Source of the DNA: an uncultured Gemmatimonadales bacterium
GTDB lineage: Bacteria; Gemmatimonadota; Gemmatimonadetes; Gemmatimonadales; GWC2-71-9
Assembly: GCA_963798915.1 (NCBI GenBank)
Contig: CAWCVB010000006.1
Coordinates: forward strand, 96,001 to 160,000
Direction of reading: 5' to 3'
DNA: 64,000 nt
Under the pieces are notes generated by a model. It saw nothing but the letters and a program-made list of their open reading frames with translations, was not told where the DNA came from and ran no database searches. Of the stretch, positions 8,680 to 17,384 are shown piece after piece (position 1 is the stretch's first letter; each line of letters begins with the position of its first letter). The position numbers and the translations under genes are program-made.

Positions 8680-10209
8680 CTAGGCGGGAACGTGTGGCCC
8701 TTCAAGGGCCTGGCGGTATGCACTCGCCGCCTCGTCCCGCACCGCCTCCAGCAGGGCTGGTCCGTAGCGGGCCAACGGCTCCGGCACGCAAAGCACTCGC
8801 TCCTGGGGCCGGCCGGCTGGCAGCACCGACGTCCGGGCCCGGCGCAGCTGCCGAAGTTCGGTGTCATGGCGACGCTTGAGCGCTCGAATCATGCGGCGCT
8901 CAAGCCGGCCGACCTCAAACTCGATCCGGCGCATGGAGCCGTCTGCCGAACGGGCCAATGGTTCAGCGATAGAGGCGGACTCGGTGGTCAGGACGTGTCC
9001 GGCCTCTGCTGCCACCGCGCGCAGCTGCTTCAATGCGCCCACCGCACGGCCGGGCATCCGGTCGGCGGCCGCCTGGCTCAGGACATCGCGTTCAGGGTCG
9101 CGAAGCGCCTCCAGCGAAAGACCAAACCTGGCCAGCATGCGATCCGCGTAGGAGTCCACCAGGAGTCCGCTCCATCGGGGTACTCGTGCCGGCTGAGCGA
9201 TGCCGAGGTGCCTGAAGACTGAGGTGGCCAAGGCCAGGTAACGCAGCTCCCCGGGGCCAGCGCAGTAGGCCACCGACGCGAGGAGCTGGCTCTCCACGGC
9301 CGGGCGAAGCAGCACGTTGGGCGAGAGACGCTCTGGCTGCTCACCGGCAATGCGCTCCAGCTCATCCATCCGCACTATGGCTCCGGAGCGGCGCAGGCGG
9401 AGCTGCCGGTCCGCTGCCACAATGCGATCCCTGCCCTCCGGCCCGTCCAGCATCACGAGGGTGGCGTCCGCCTCATGGTCAACGCCCGGCGCGCGCCCCT
9501 GCTTGCGGAGGCCTTCGGCTCGCTCGAGAAGGCGTCGGCTCAGCTCTGCCCGGTCCGCCACCGCATGCAGCAGTACGGGCGCCATGGCTCGCTTGAATCC
9601 CGCCTCAGTGCTGTCCAGCACCAGAACGCCGAGCGGCGCCAGCAACTCGGCCAGCATGCCGCCTGCCGCGGCCGAAATCGTTCGTCCTGCTTCGAAGTGC
9701 CGCTGAAGGAGGTCGGTGGCGAACCCGCCAGCCACCAGACCCTCATGCATCGTCCTGAATTGTCTCACGAGCTCGGCGACCTCGGGTCCGAGCGGTTCCC
9801 TCCAGAGCGGAGTCATCGGCGCGGACGGCGGACGTTCACGCAGCATGCCCGTCACCAGCTCGCCGTCGGCGTCCAACCAGTGCGCGACGCGCGCCTCGTC
9901 CCAGTCATGGTCGTCACCGCCCAGCCAGAACACGGGCACGACCGGGCGGCCCCAGCGTTCCTCCAGTCGAGCTGCCAAGGCCGCGGCTGAGGCAGCCTTG
10001 TACAGCGTGTAGAGCGGTCCCAGGAAGAGCGCTGGCTGTTGGCCTGTCGTGACGGTCACGGCTCCCGGAGCGGCCAGCCTCGACTTGAGGGCGTCAGCGC
10101 CCGGGGCCGGAAGGATGGCACCATGCACTGCCGCGGCAATGGCATCGGCACGCGGCTCGATAACCGGCATGTCGCCGAGCGGCGGATTGGAGACCACCCG
10201 GAAGGTCAC
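8680..10209 (-). CDS. bshC: Bacillithiol biosynthesis cysteine-adding enzyme BshC
   Basis: VTTGQQPALFLGPLYTLYKA, PVFWLGGDDHDWDE, SPNVLLRP, AGPGELRY, PQER; GTG start overlaps upstream stop. Confidence 0.9.
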   Translation of the reverse strand: MTFRVVSNPPLGDMPVIEPRADAIAAAVHGAILPAPGADALKSRLAAPGAVTVTTGQQPALFLGPLYTLYKAASAAALAARLEERWGRPVVPVFWLGGDDHDWDEARVAHWLDADGELVTGMLRERPPSAPMTPLWREPLGPEVAELVRQFRTMHEGLVAGGFATDLLQRHFEAGRTISAAAGGMLAELLAPLGVLVLDSTEAGFKRAMAPVLLHAVADRAELSRRLLERAEGLRKQGRAPGVDHEADATLVMLDGPEGRDRIVAADRQLRLRRSGAIVRMDELERIAGEQPERLSPNVLLRPAVESQLLASVAYCAGPGELRYLALATSVFRHLGIAQPARVPRWSGLLVDSYADRMLARFGLSLEALRDPERDVLSQAAADRMPGRAVGALKQLRAVAAEAGHVLTTESASIAEPLARSADGSMRRIEFEVGRLERRMIRALKRRHDTELRQLRRARTSVLPAGRPQERVLCVPEPLARYGPALLEAVRDEAASAYRQALEGPHVPA

Positions 10210-10925
10210 GTGCTCACCTGCCCCACCAGCACCAGTCTGGGTTGGTCGGGGCCCGTCGGCGAGCCATCGTAGTCCCCCATCTGGAATTGAAGCTGCACGC
10301 CTTCGGCCCGTAGCATGGCAATAAGCTCATCCGCGTTGAATAATCGGACTCGCTCGAACCAGGTGCGACCATCGCCGGTCTGGAGCGACTTGCAGACGAA
10401 GCGCCCCCCATCGGTGAGCTGACGTCGCACGTCCACTGGGGTGCCGTGCAGCGAGAGAGACTCGCTCAACACCAGGGACTTCCTGACCAGCTCGGAATTG
10501 AGAAAGTCGAGCACGAACCAGCCACCCGCCCGCACCGTACCCACCATCTCGGCCAGTGCCGTCCGATGGTCTGCCTCGTCGTCGAAGTATCCAAAGCTGG
10601 TGAAGAGATTGACGGTGAGATCCATGGATCGGGGCCGGACGGGGAGAGCGCGCATGTCGGCACGGATGAGCGGAGCACCCGTCGCCTGCCTCGCCCGGCG
10701 CAGCAGGGCCATGGAGAGGTCGACACCGACGCATCGGGCCCCGGCCAGCTCGAGGGCTCGCGCGTGCCGGCCAGGACCGCAGGCCACATCCAGCACGCGA
10801 ATGCCGGGATGCCATGGCAGGCGCTGGCGCAGCACGGTTACCAGCCGCCCCGCGTCGGCATCGTCGCGATGCGGGTACAGCGCGAGATATTCCTCGTTGA
10901 ACCACTCCTCGAACCATTCGGCCAT
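10206..10925 (-). CDS. Class I SAM-dependent methyltransferase
   Basis: Motif I VLDVACGPGRH, GVDLS, ADMR, NLFTSFGYF. Confidence 0.9.
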   Translation of the reverse strand: MAEWFEEWFNEEYLALYPHRDDADAGRLVTVLRQRLPWHPGIRVLDVACGPGRHARALELAGARCVGVDLSMALLRRARQATGAPLIRADMRALPVRPRSMDLTVNLFTSFGYFDDEADHRTALAEMVGTVRAGGWFVLDFLNSELVRKSLVLSESLSLHGTPVDVRRQLTDGGRFVCKSLQTGDGRTWFERVRLFNADELIAMLRAEGVQLQFQMGDYDGSPTGPDQPRLVLVGQVST

Positions 10926-10930
10926 GATGG

Positions 10931-11404
10931 CTACCGGTTCCTGCGTGCCTTGTGGTAGGGTTCGCCGCGCAGAATGGTCCAGGCGCGATACAGCTGCTCG
11001 AGCACGATCACGCGCGCGAGTTCATGCGGAAGTGTAGCCGGACCGAGACCCCAGACCTGACTCGCGCTTGCCAGCAACGCGTCATCCAGACCGTGAGATC
11101 CACCGATCATGATCGTCACCGGCCGTGCGCGCAACTGCCAATCATTGAGGGCGCGGGCCAGCTCTTCGCTGGACCAGGCGCGGCCGGTCCGGGACAGGCA
11201 CACCAGCGAAGACTGCGGGCGCATCCGGCCTGACAGTCGGGCTGCCTCCTCCCGTCGCTGCACGTTCGGCGTCGGCGCCCGAGAAGCTTCCCGTACCTCC
11301 ACCTCGGCGACCGTGGCATAGCGCGCCAACCGCCGAAGGTAGTCGTCACACGCCTCGCGGTAACAGGGCCGCAGGCGGCCCACCGCAAGGACCGTGATAT
11401 CCAT
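10931..11404 (-). CDS. rlmH: 23S rRNA m3Psi1915 methyltransferase RlmH
   Basis: SPOUT motifs IGGSHG, TLPHELARVIVLEQLYRAWTILRGEPYH. Confidence 0.95.
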   Translation of the reverse strand: MDITVLAVGRLRPCYREACDDYLRRLARYATVAEVEVREASRAPTPNVQRREEAARLSGRMRPQSSLVCLSRTGRAWSSEELARALNDWQLRARPVTIMIGGSHGLDDALLASASQVWGLGPATLPHELARVIVLEQLYRAWTILRGEPYHKARRNR

Positions 11405-12711
11405 CAGGCATAGATTCCGCGAAGCCGGTGCACTTCGGCGACGCGCTCGATTGCCAGCATGTACGCCCCGATCCGGTTGCTCGTCTGGTACTTGTCGGCC
11501 ATGGCCGTGACCTCTTCAAAGGAATGGACCATGATCCGCTCCAGCCGGGAGTTGACGGTCTCCTCATCCCAGAAATAGCCGCCCCGATCCTGGACCCACT
11601 CGAAATAGCTCACCGTGACGCCGCCCGCGTTCGCCAGGATATCGGGTATGACAACAACGCCCTTCTCATCGAGGATCCGATCGGCATTGGCCGTCGTGGG
11701 ACCATTGGCCCCCTCGCAGATGATCCGCGCCTGGATATCCCGGGCATTCTTGCTGGTAATGACATTTTCCATGGCGGCCGGCAGCAGCACTTCGCATGGC
11801 AGCGTGAGCAGCTGCTCATTGGTGACCGCTTCGCCACCGGAGAATCCGGCCAGGAGCCGTTTTGCACGGATGTGTTCCTGCGCCGCGTCGAGATCGAGCC
11901 CTTTGTCGTTGTAGACGCCTCCGGACTTGTCGCTGATCGCCACGATGCGGGCGCCCTGCTCCTGCAGCAGCCGAGCCGCGACTGAGCCGACGTTGCCGAA
12001 GCCCTGCACGGCGATCCGCGCTCCTTCAATCGGGATGCCGTGAAGACGGAGTGCTTCCCTGGTGACGAACATGCAACCGCGCCCCGTCGCCTCACGGCGG
12101 CCCAGTGATCCGCCAAGCGAGATCGGCTTGCCGGTGACGACCGCAGTCACGGTGTGGCGCTTGTGCATGGAGTAGGTATCCATGATCCACGCCATGACCC
12201 GCTCGTTGGTGTTGACATCGGGGGCGGGCACATCGGAATCGGGCCCGAGCATTTCGATGATGCTGGACGTGTAGCGCCGGGTGAGTCGTTCAATTTCGGT
12301 CACCGACATCTCCGCGGGATCGCAGACGACGCCGCCCTTGGCTCCGCCGAACGGAATGTTGACGATGGCGCATTTCCAGGTCATCCACGCCGCCAGCGCG
12401 GTGACCTCGTCCAGACTCACGTTGAGATCGAACCGGATGCCGCCCTTGGCCGGTCCGCGGGAGGTGTTGTAGAGCACCCGGTAGCCGGTATAGACCTCGA
12501 GCTCGCCGTTGTCCCGGGGCACTGGAATCGAGACGATGACCTGCTTCTCGGGGTTCCGAAGGATCTTGTAGATGCCGCCATCGAGATCCAGCTTTTGCGC
12601 CGCGTAATCGAAGCGCGACATCATGGCCTCGAAGGGATTCTCCTCCGAGAGGAAGCGATCCTTGTCGGGACGGATAATGGGACGCGCTGGCACAGTGTGG
12701 GGACTGGTCAT
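11404..12711 (-). CDS. gdhA: Glu/Leu/Phe/Val dehydrogenase (glutamate dehydrogenase)
   Basis: [60 protein letters not shown]; start moved to ATG 12711. Confidence 0.93.
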   Translation of the reverse strand: MTSPHTVPARPIIRPDKDRFLSEENPFEAMMSRFDYAAQKLDLDGGIYKILRNPEKQVIVSIPVPRDNGELEVYTGYRVLYNTSRGPAKGGIRFDLNVSLDEVTALAAWMTWKCAIVNIPFGGAKGGVVCDPAEMSVTEIERLTRRYTSSIIEMLGPDSDVPAPDVNTNERVMAWIMDTYSMHKRHTVTAVVTGKPISLGGSLGRREATGRGCMFVTREALRLHGIPIEGARIAVQGFGNVGSVAARLLQEQGARIVAISDKSGGVYNDKGLDLDAAQEHIRAKRLLAGFSGGEAVTNEQLLTLPCEVLLPAAMENVITSKNARDIQARIICEGANGPTTANADRILDEKGVVVIPDILANAGGVTVSYFEWVQDRGGYFWDEETVNSRLERIMVHSFEEVTAMADKYQTSNRIGAYMLAIERVAEVHRLRGIYA

Positions 12712-12768
12712 GGATGCTCTGGAGGGCACTCCGGCGGATGGTGAGGTCCGGCAAGCGAACACGACATG

Positions 12769-13809
12769 TCAGCTCCGGCGCGGCGCGGCGATCACGCCAT
12801 CGAGCGCCGCGCTGAATGGCTCGCCGCCGCGCTCCCAGGTCAGGTCCATGATGGCAACGAGCGGCTCCGCGACGCGGGCTGGCCAGCGATCACGCAACTT
12901 CACAGCGTCCTGCTCGGAGACGATGACGTAGTCGGCCCGACGAGCGGCGTGAGCCAGCCAGGCAACGTCTTCGTCCCGCAGCTCGCCGCGCGCCACCCAC
13001 CGGGCGACCTGCACGGCCGCACCCGTCGCCTTGACCTGCGATACAAAGGCGCCCGGATCCACGCTCCCGGAAGCGGCCACCACGCGCCGGCCCGCGATAG
13101 CCGTGGCGGGCTGCTCAGCGCCGGAAACAAGGCCTTCGAAGTGGCGAACGCCGAGGTGGGCGATGGCCACTGGTGCGGCCACATCGCGGGTCACCGCGGC
13201 CGCGAGCGCCTCCGCGGCGTCGGGAGATGCTCGCTTCCGGGTCACCACGATCCAGTCGGCTGCGCGAAGCGAAGCCCACGATTCGACCCACGGCCCGGCC
13301 GGAACGGGCCAGCGCACCGCGCGGCTCGTTTCCGCCCCCAGCACGGCCACCATGAGGTCCGGCGCGAGGCGCCGCGCTGGAATGTCCGACTCGACCACAG
13401 CGAGGCTCGTGCCAGCCGCCGCCAGCCGCGCCACGCCTCGCGCAAGGTCAGTCGCCGATGTGACCGGGATCTCGGGACTGGCATGCTGCACGGCCGCGCC
13501 ACGCCAGGGCGATTCGCCCTGCAGGACGATTCCCACCCGGATGCCACTGACGGCAAGGTGCCGGGCCGCCCAGGTCAGGACGGGGCCCTTGCCGGAATCG
13601 CCGACAGTGAGGTTCGCGAAGGCAATTGTTGGGATGACGGGATCAGAATGCGACAGCCAGCCTCGTTGATAGGCGGTGTGCCGCACATTCGAGGAGGCGC
13701 GCCAGAATCCTGCGGCGGGAAGCAATGCGAGGCGCGCGAGGCGCGCGTCCAGCCGCCTGCTCGTCCACAACCATCGCATCAGCCGGTGGGTACTGCCCCT
13801 GCGCGCCAA
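12769..13809 (-). CDS. lpxK: LpxK-like (lipid A 4'-kinase homologue) with degenerate catalytic motifs
   Basis: Family landmarks in order: ANLTVGDSGKGP, PAGPWVE, ADWIVVTR, SEQDAVKL; TTG start with GGAG SD. Confidence 0.75.
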   Translation of the reverse strand: MARRGSTHRLMRWLWTSRRLDARLARLALLPAAGFWRASSNVRHTAYQRGWLSHSDPVIPTIAFANLTVGDSGKGPVLTWAARHLAVSGIRVGIVLQGESPWRGAAVQHASPEIPVTSATDLARGVARLAAAGTSLAVVESDIPARRLAPDLMVAVLGAETSRAVRWPVPAGPWVESWASLRAADWIVVTRKRASPDAAEALAAAVTRDVAAPVAIAHLGVRHFEGLVSGAEQPATAIAGRRVVAASGSVDPGAFVSQVKATGAAVQVARWVARGELRDEDVAWLAHAARRADYVIVSEQDAVKLRDRWPARVAEPLVAIMDLTWERGGEPFSAALDGVIAAPRRS

Positions 13810-13855
13810 GCCCTGCTCCGTCCATGAGTGGGGGCGAAATGTACAAACGCGAGCC

Positions 13856-14287
13856 TCAGCGATCTACTACCCGCGCCATCATCTCGGCTTCGGCCACGAG
13901 ATTTCCGTCCACGTAGGCCTTGCCGGCGAGCTTGACGGTAGTACCCCGGTCCTGGAGCACGACCACCTCCATGCGCAACTGGTCTCCCGGCACTACCGGG
14001 CGCCGGAATTTCACATGGTCGAGCGACATGAAATACACCACCTTGCTGGCCGGATCCGCCAGCCCCGACAGCATCAGCACGCCGCCGGTTTGCGCCATGG
14101 CCTCGACAATGAGCACGCCCGGCATGATTGGGTGGCCCGGAAAATGACCCTGAAAGAAGGGTTCATTGATGCTGACATTCTTGAGCCCGACCACCCGCCG
14201 GCCCGCCTCGGATTCCAGGATTCGATCGACCAGCAGGAGCGGGTACCGATGCGGCAACGACGCCATGATCTGGATGATGTCCTGCAT
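13856..14287 (-). CDS. fabZ: 3-hydroxyacyl-ACP dehydratase FabZ (stand-alone)
   Basis: [53 protein letters not shown]. Confidence 0.96.
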   Translation of the reverse strand: MQDIIQIMASLPHRYPLLLVDRILESEAGRRVVGLKNVSINEPFFQGHFPGHPIMPGVLIVEAMAQTGGVLMLSGLADPASKVVYFMSLDHVKFRRPVVPGDQLRMEVVVLQDRGTTVKLAGKAYVDGNLVAEAEMMARVVDR

Positions 14288-14321
14288 GCACTCCCTCCGC
14301 CGCAGCCCGCGTTAATGATCA

Positions 14322-14354
14322 CAGGCGGCCTCCGGTTGCACCGGAAGCCGCCTG
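14322..14354 (-). terminator. GC-rich hairpin between skp and fabZ (terminator or RNA-stabilising stem)
   Basis: CAGGCGGCTTCCGG-TGCAA-CCGGAGGCCGCCTG; only a weak U tract follows. Confidence 0.5.
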
Positions 14355-14375
14355 CAGTCATGGATCAGCTCGGGT

Positions 14376-14921
14376 CTACTGGCCCGGTGTCTTGAGCTCC
14401 GCGATGACCTTGTCACTCATGTCCAGGGACCGGTCCGCTGTCACGATGGTGTTGGACTGGTTGCTCACGTCGAATACCATCGCATAGCCGCCGGCCTGGC
14501 GGAGCTTCTCCACCACGGCCACGACTCGCGATTGCAGCGGCTCGAGCAGTTCCTGGTTCCGCTGGGCAATCTTCTGCTGCAGCTCGTTGCCGCGCTGTTC
14601 CAGGTCGGTCTGCCGCTGCTGCAGTTCCTGGCGCTTGCTCTGGCGCGCCGCCGGGCTCAGCAGCGTGGACTGCGTCTCGAATGCCGACGCCGCCGAGTCC
14701 AGCTGGGATTGCAGTTGCTGGAACTGGGTCCGGTAGTTCGCGACTTCCCTGGTGAACGTGGACTCCGCTTGCGCGTAGCCGGGCGTCTCCGAGAGCACGC
14801 GTTGCATGTTCACGAAGGCCACCTTGGCCGGCGCAGCGGCCTGCTGGGCCGATGCTTGTCGCGGCGTGACGGCGATCAGAGTCAAAAGGGCGAGGCCCAG
14901 GCCCCGGACGACGTACTTCAT
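14376..14921 (-). CDS. skp: OmpH/Skp periplasmic chaperone
   Basis: Signal peptide, KVAFVNMQRVL, Gln-rich coiled coil, GYAMVFD, DMSDKVIAEL; directly after bamA. Confidence 0.9.
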   Translation of the reverse strand: MKYVVRGLGLALLTLIAVTPRQASAQQAAAPAKVAFVNMQRVLSETPGYAQAESTFTREVANYRTQFQQLQSQLDSAASAFETQSTLLSPAARQSKRQELQQRQTDLEQRGNELQQKIAQRNQELLEPLQSRVVAVVEKLRQAGGYAMVFDVSNQSNTIVTADRSLDMSDKVIAELKTPGQ

Positions 14922-14961
14922 GCGGCATTCACTCCAGTTGGGGTCAGAACATTGGTTCACA

Positions 14962-17334
14962 TCAGAAGTAATTGCCGATCTTGATGTGAAACATCCACCC
15001 TGGGCTCGGCTTCCCGGCCAGGTCCTTCTTGTCGAACCCATATGCCAGATCCACGCCAATCGGCCCGAGGGGCGAAATCAGAGCCACGCCCAGCCCGGCG
15101 CCCCTGAAGAGCCGCGTGGGATCCCATTGCCGGGCGGTACGATACACGTTTCCAGCGTCGAGGAAAGTGTTCACGTACAGCGACTGACTGACGCGAGCCC
15201 CCGTTTCAACAGTAAACGCAGCAAACGACTTTCCGAAGGCCTCAGCAGAAGCCCTGTCCCCGCCCGCCGACGGATCGAAGCCGTTCGGGGTGATCGAAAA
15301 TTCATCGTAGCCACGCAGCGGAATGCCGAACTGCACTCCGCCAAGGGAATATTGTTCGAAGGGGAAATTGTCCGCGTCGCCGAAGATGAAGCCGGACTTG
15401 GCCGAGAAGCCGAGGACGAGCTGAACACCGCCCCCGAACTGGCCACTGCCGCCGATTATCCCGAGCGGTGCATACCAGTGACCCTCGACGTCCACTTTCT
15501 GGTAATCGCCCGTTCCTCCGAGGAATCCGCCATTGAGCTCGCCGGCGACGCTGACCTGGGTGCCGGCCGTCGGGAATGGCAATCCGACTCGGGTGTCCCG
15601 CAGGACTCTGGTGCCCAGGGTGGAGCGCGTGCAGTTGTTGCAGATGAACCGCTGCTGGATATCCTCCGACCCCTGGTCGTAGCGCACCCGTTGCAGCCCG
15701 TAGGAGCCAAACAGCCTGGTGTAGCGAGCCCCGAGAAAGGGGAAACCCAGCTGGACGCTGCCGCCGGTCTGGTGCCGGCGGCCGAGATCCCGGATGATGA
15801 AGCGCTGGCGGGAATCGAACAATGACACAGTCCCGGAAATCCGGCTTTCGTTGATGGCGGGATCGGTATAGCTGATAATGAAATCGTTGATGTTCTGGCC
15901 GAACTGCCACTGCAGGCTTCCCCGCTTGCCGCGCCCGAAGAGGTTCGGCTCCTCGAGTCCGAGGAAGCCACCCAGTCCGGTGCCCTGGCCCAGCGATGCG
16001 CCGAAGTTGATGTTGCCGGTGCGCTTCTCCTCGACGCGGAAGGTGATGTCCACGTCCGGGCCCACATCGTTGCCGTTCGCCACTGGATCGACCGACGGCC
16101 CCGGCATGGGCTGCTTGAAGAATCCCAGGTTGCTGATGTTCTGATAGGACCGCATGAGTGCGTCACGACTGAAGACTTGGCCCGGCAGGAGTACGATCGC
16201 CTCCCGGATCACGCGCTCGTGAGTAACATCGTTGCCCTCGATGTTGATCTTGTTGACGGTTGCCAGCTGACCTTCCTGGATAGTCCAGGCAAGATCGACG
16301 AGGTGGCTGCCGTCGGGGAGCGTGCGCCGGGTTTCCTGTGGCTGCACACGCGCATAGATGTACCCGGTGTTCGCGTACAGATCTTCGACCCGTGAGGTGG
16401 CGCTCTCCCACGCTCCACGGTCGAAGACGGGATGATCCTCACTGGGCGGAAGCGGGAAATAATTGCGCAGTTCCGCCTCCGAGTATCGGCGGTTTCCCCG
16501 CACCTCGAACTTGCCAATGCGATACACCGGCCCTTCCTGGACGGCGACCTGCAGCACGCCCTTGGTGGCCGACGTGTCTGCCATCAAGGTATCGCTGAGG
16601 ACCTGGAAATCGATGTACCCCTTGCTGGCGTAGAAGGCCGGCAGGCGGGTGCGCGCATCCTGATCGAGCTGGTCTTCGTCAAATTCGCCGGAGCGGAACC
16701 ACCAGAAGCCCTCCGGCTTGCTGCCCATGTGCTTGACCAGTTCCTTGTCGGTGAACTGGTCGTTGCCGTCCACGACAACCTGGCTCACCGCAACGCGACG
16801 CCCTTCCTCGATCTGGAAGGTGACGTCGATGCCCCGGCCGGAGTCGGCCGGGGCTTCTCGCGCCGCCACTTTGGCGGCGTAGAAGCCCTGGTCCTTGTAC
16901 ATCGAGTCGATGGCGGCGCGGCTGCGGGCCACCTCCGCGCGGTCGAGCGGTCGACCTTCCAGCAGCTTGACCCGCTCGCGGACGTCGCCGAGCGAAATCC
17001 GTTGGGCGCCCGTGACCTTCCAGCTGGCCAGCACCGGCCGCTCAGTCACCTTGAAGACCAGGATGTTTCGTCCATCGACGAAGCGCTGTTCCACGGTAAC
17101 GTCGTCGAACTGGCCCATGCGATAGACGGCGCCGATGGCCCGCTGCACCTCGCGGTAGGAAATCGGCTGACCAGTCGTGAGCGCAATGGTCGACCGGATT
17201 TGTGCCTCGGGCACCCGCGCGTTCCCGGAGACCGCGACGCTGTCCAGCGGGGGGGGCGCGGCGGCGTCCTGCGCAACGAGTGGCGCGGCAGACAGCACGC
17301 CCGCCGCGATCAGCATGGGAAGAATCAGTCGCAT
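14962..17334 (-). CDS. bamA: Outer membrane protein assembly factor BamA
   Basis: Repeated POTRA starts (VSGNAR, VDGNDQF, VRGNRR, IEGNDVT), EPNLFGRG, LRGY motif, SPLGPIGVDLAYG, C-terminal Phe. Confidence 0.95.
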   Translation of the reverse strand: MRLILPMLIAAGVLSAAPLVAQDAAAPPPLDSVAVSGNARVPEAQIRSTIALTTGQPISYREVQRAIGAVYRMGQFDDVTVEQRFVDGRNILVFKVTERPVLASWKVTGAQRISLGDVRERVKLLEGRPLDRAEVARSRAAIDSMYKDQGFYAAKVAAREAPADSGRGIDVTFQIEEGRRVAVSQVVVDGNDQFTDKELVKHMGSKPEGFWWFRSGEFDEDQLDQDARTRLPAFYASKGYIDFQVLSDTLMADTSATKGVLQVAVQEGPVYRIGKFEVRGNRRYSEAELRNYFPLPPSEDHPVFDRGAWESATSRVEDLYANTGYIYARVQPQETRRTLPDGSHLVDLAWTIQEGQLATVNKINIEGNDVTHERVIREAIVLLPGQVFSRDALMRSYQNISNLGFFKQPMPGPSVDPVANGNDVGPDVDITFRVEEKRTGNINFGASLGQGTGLGGFLGLEEPNLFGRGKRGSLQWQFGQNINDFIISYTDPAINESRISGTVSLFDSRQRFIIRDLGRRHQTGGSVQLGFPFLGARYTRLFGSYGLQRVRYDQGSEDIQQRFICNNCTRSTLGTRVLRDTRVGLPFPTAGTQVSVAGELNGGFLGGTGDYQKVDVEGHWYAPLGIIGGSGQFGGGVQLVLGFSAKSGFIFGDADNFPFEQYSLGGVQFGIPLRGYDEFSITPNGFDPSAGGDRASAEAFGKSFAAFTVETGARVSQSLYVNTFLDAGNVYRTARQWDPTRLFRGAGLGVALISPLGPIGVDLAYGFDKKDLAGKPSPGWMFHIKIGNYF

Positions 17335-17384
17335 GAAACCGAGAGGTGGGTGGCGAGCCGTGCGGCCGTCCGGCGCCGCACGGT

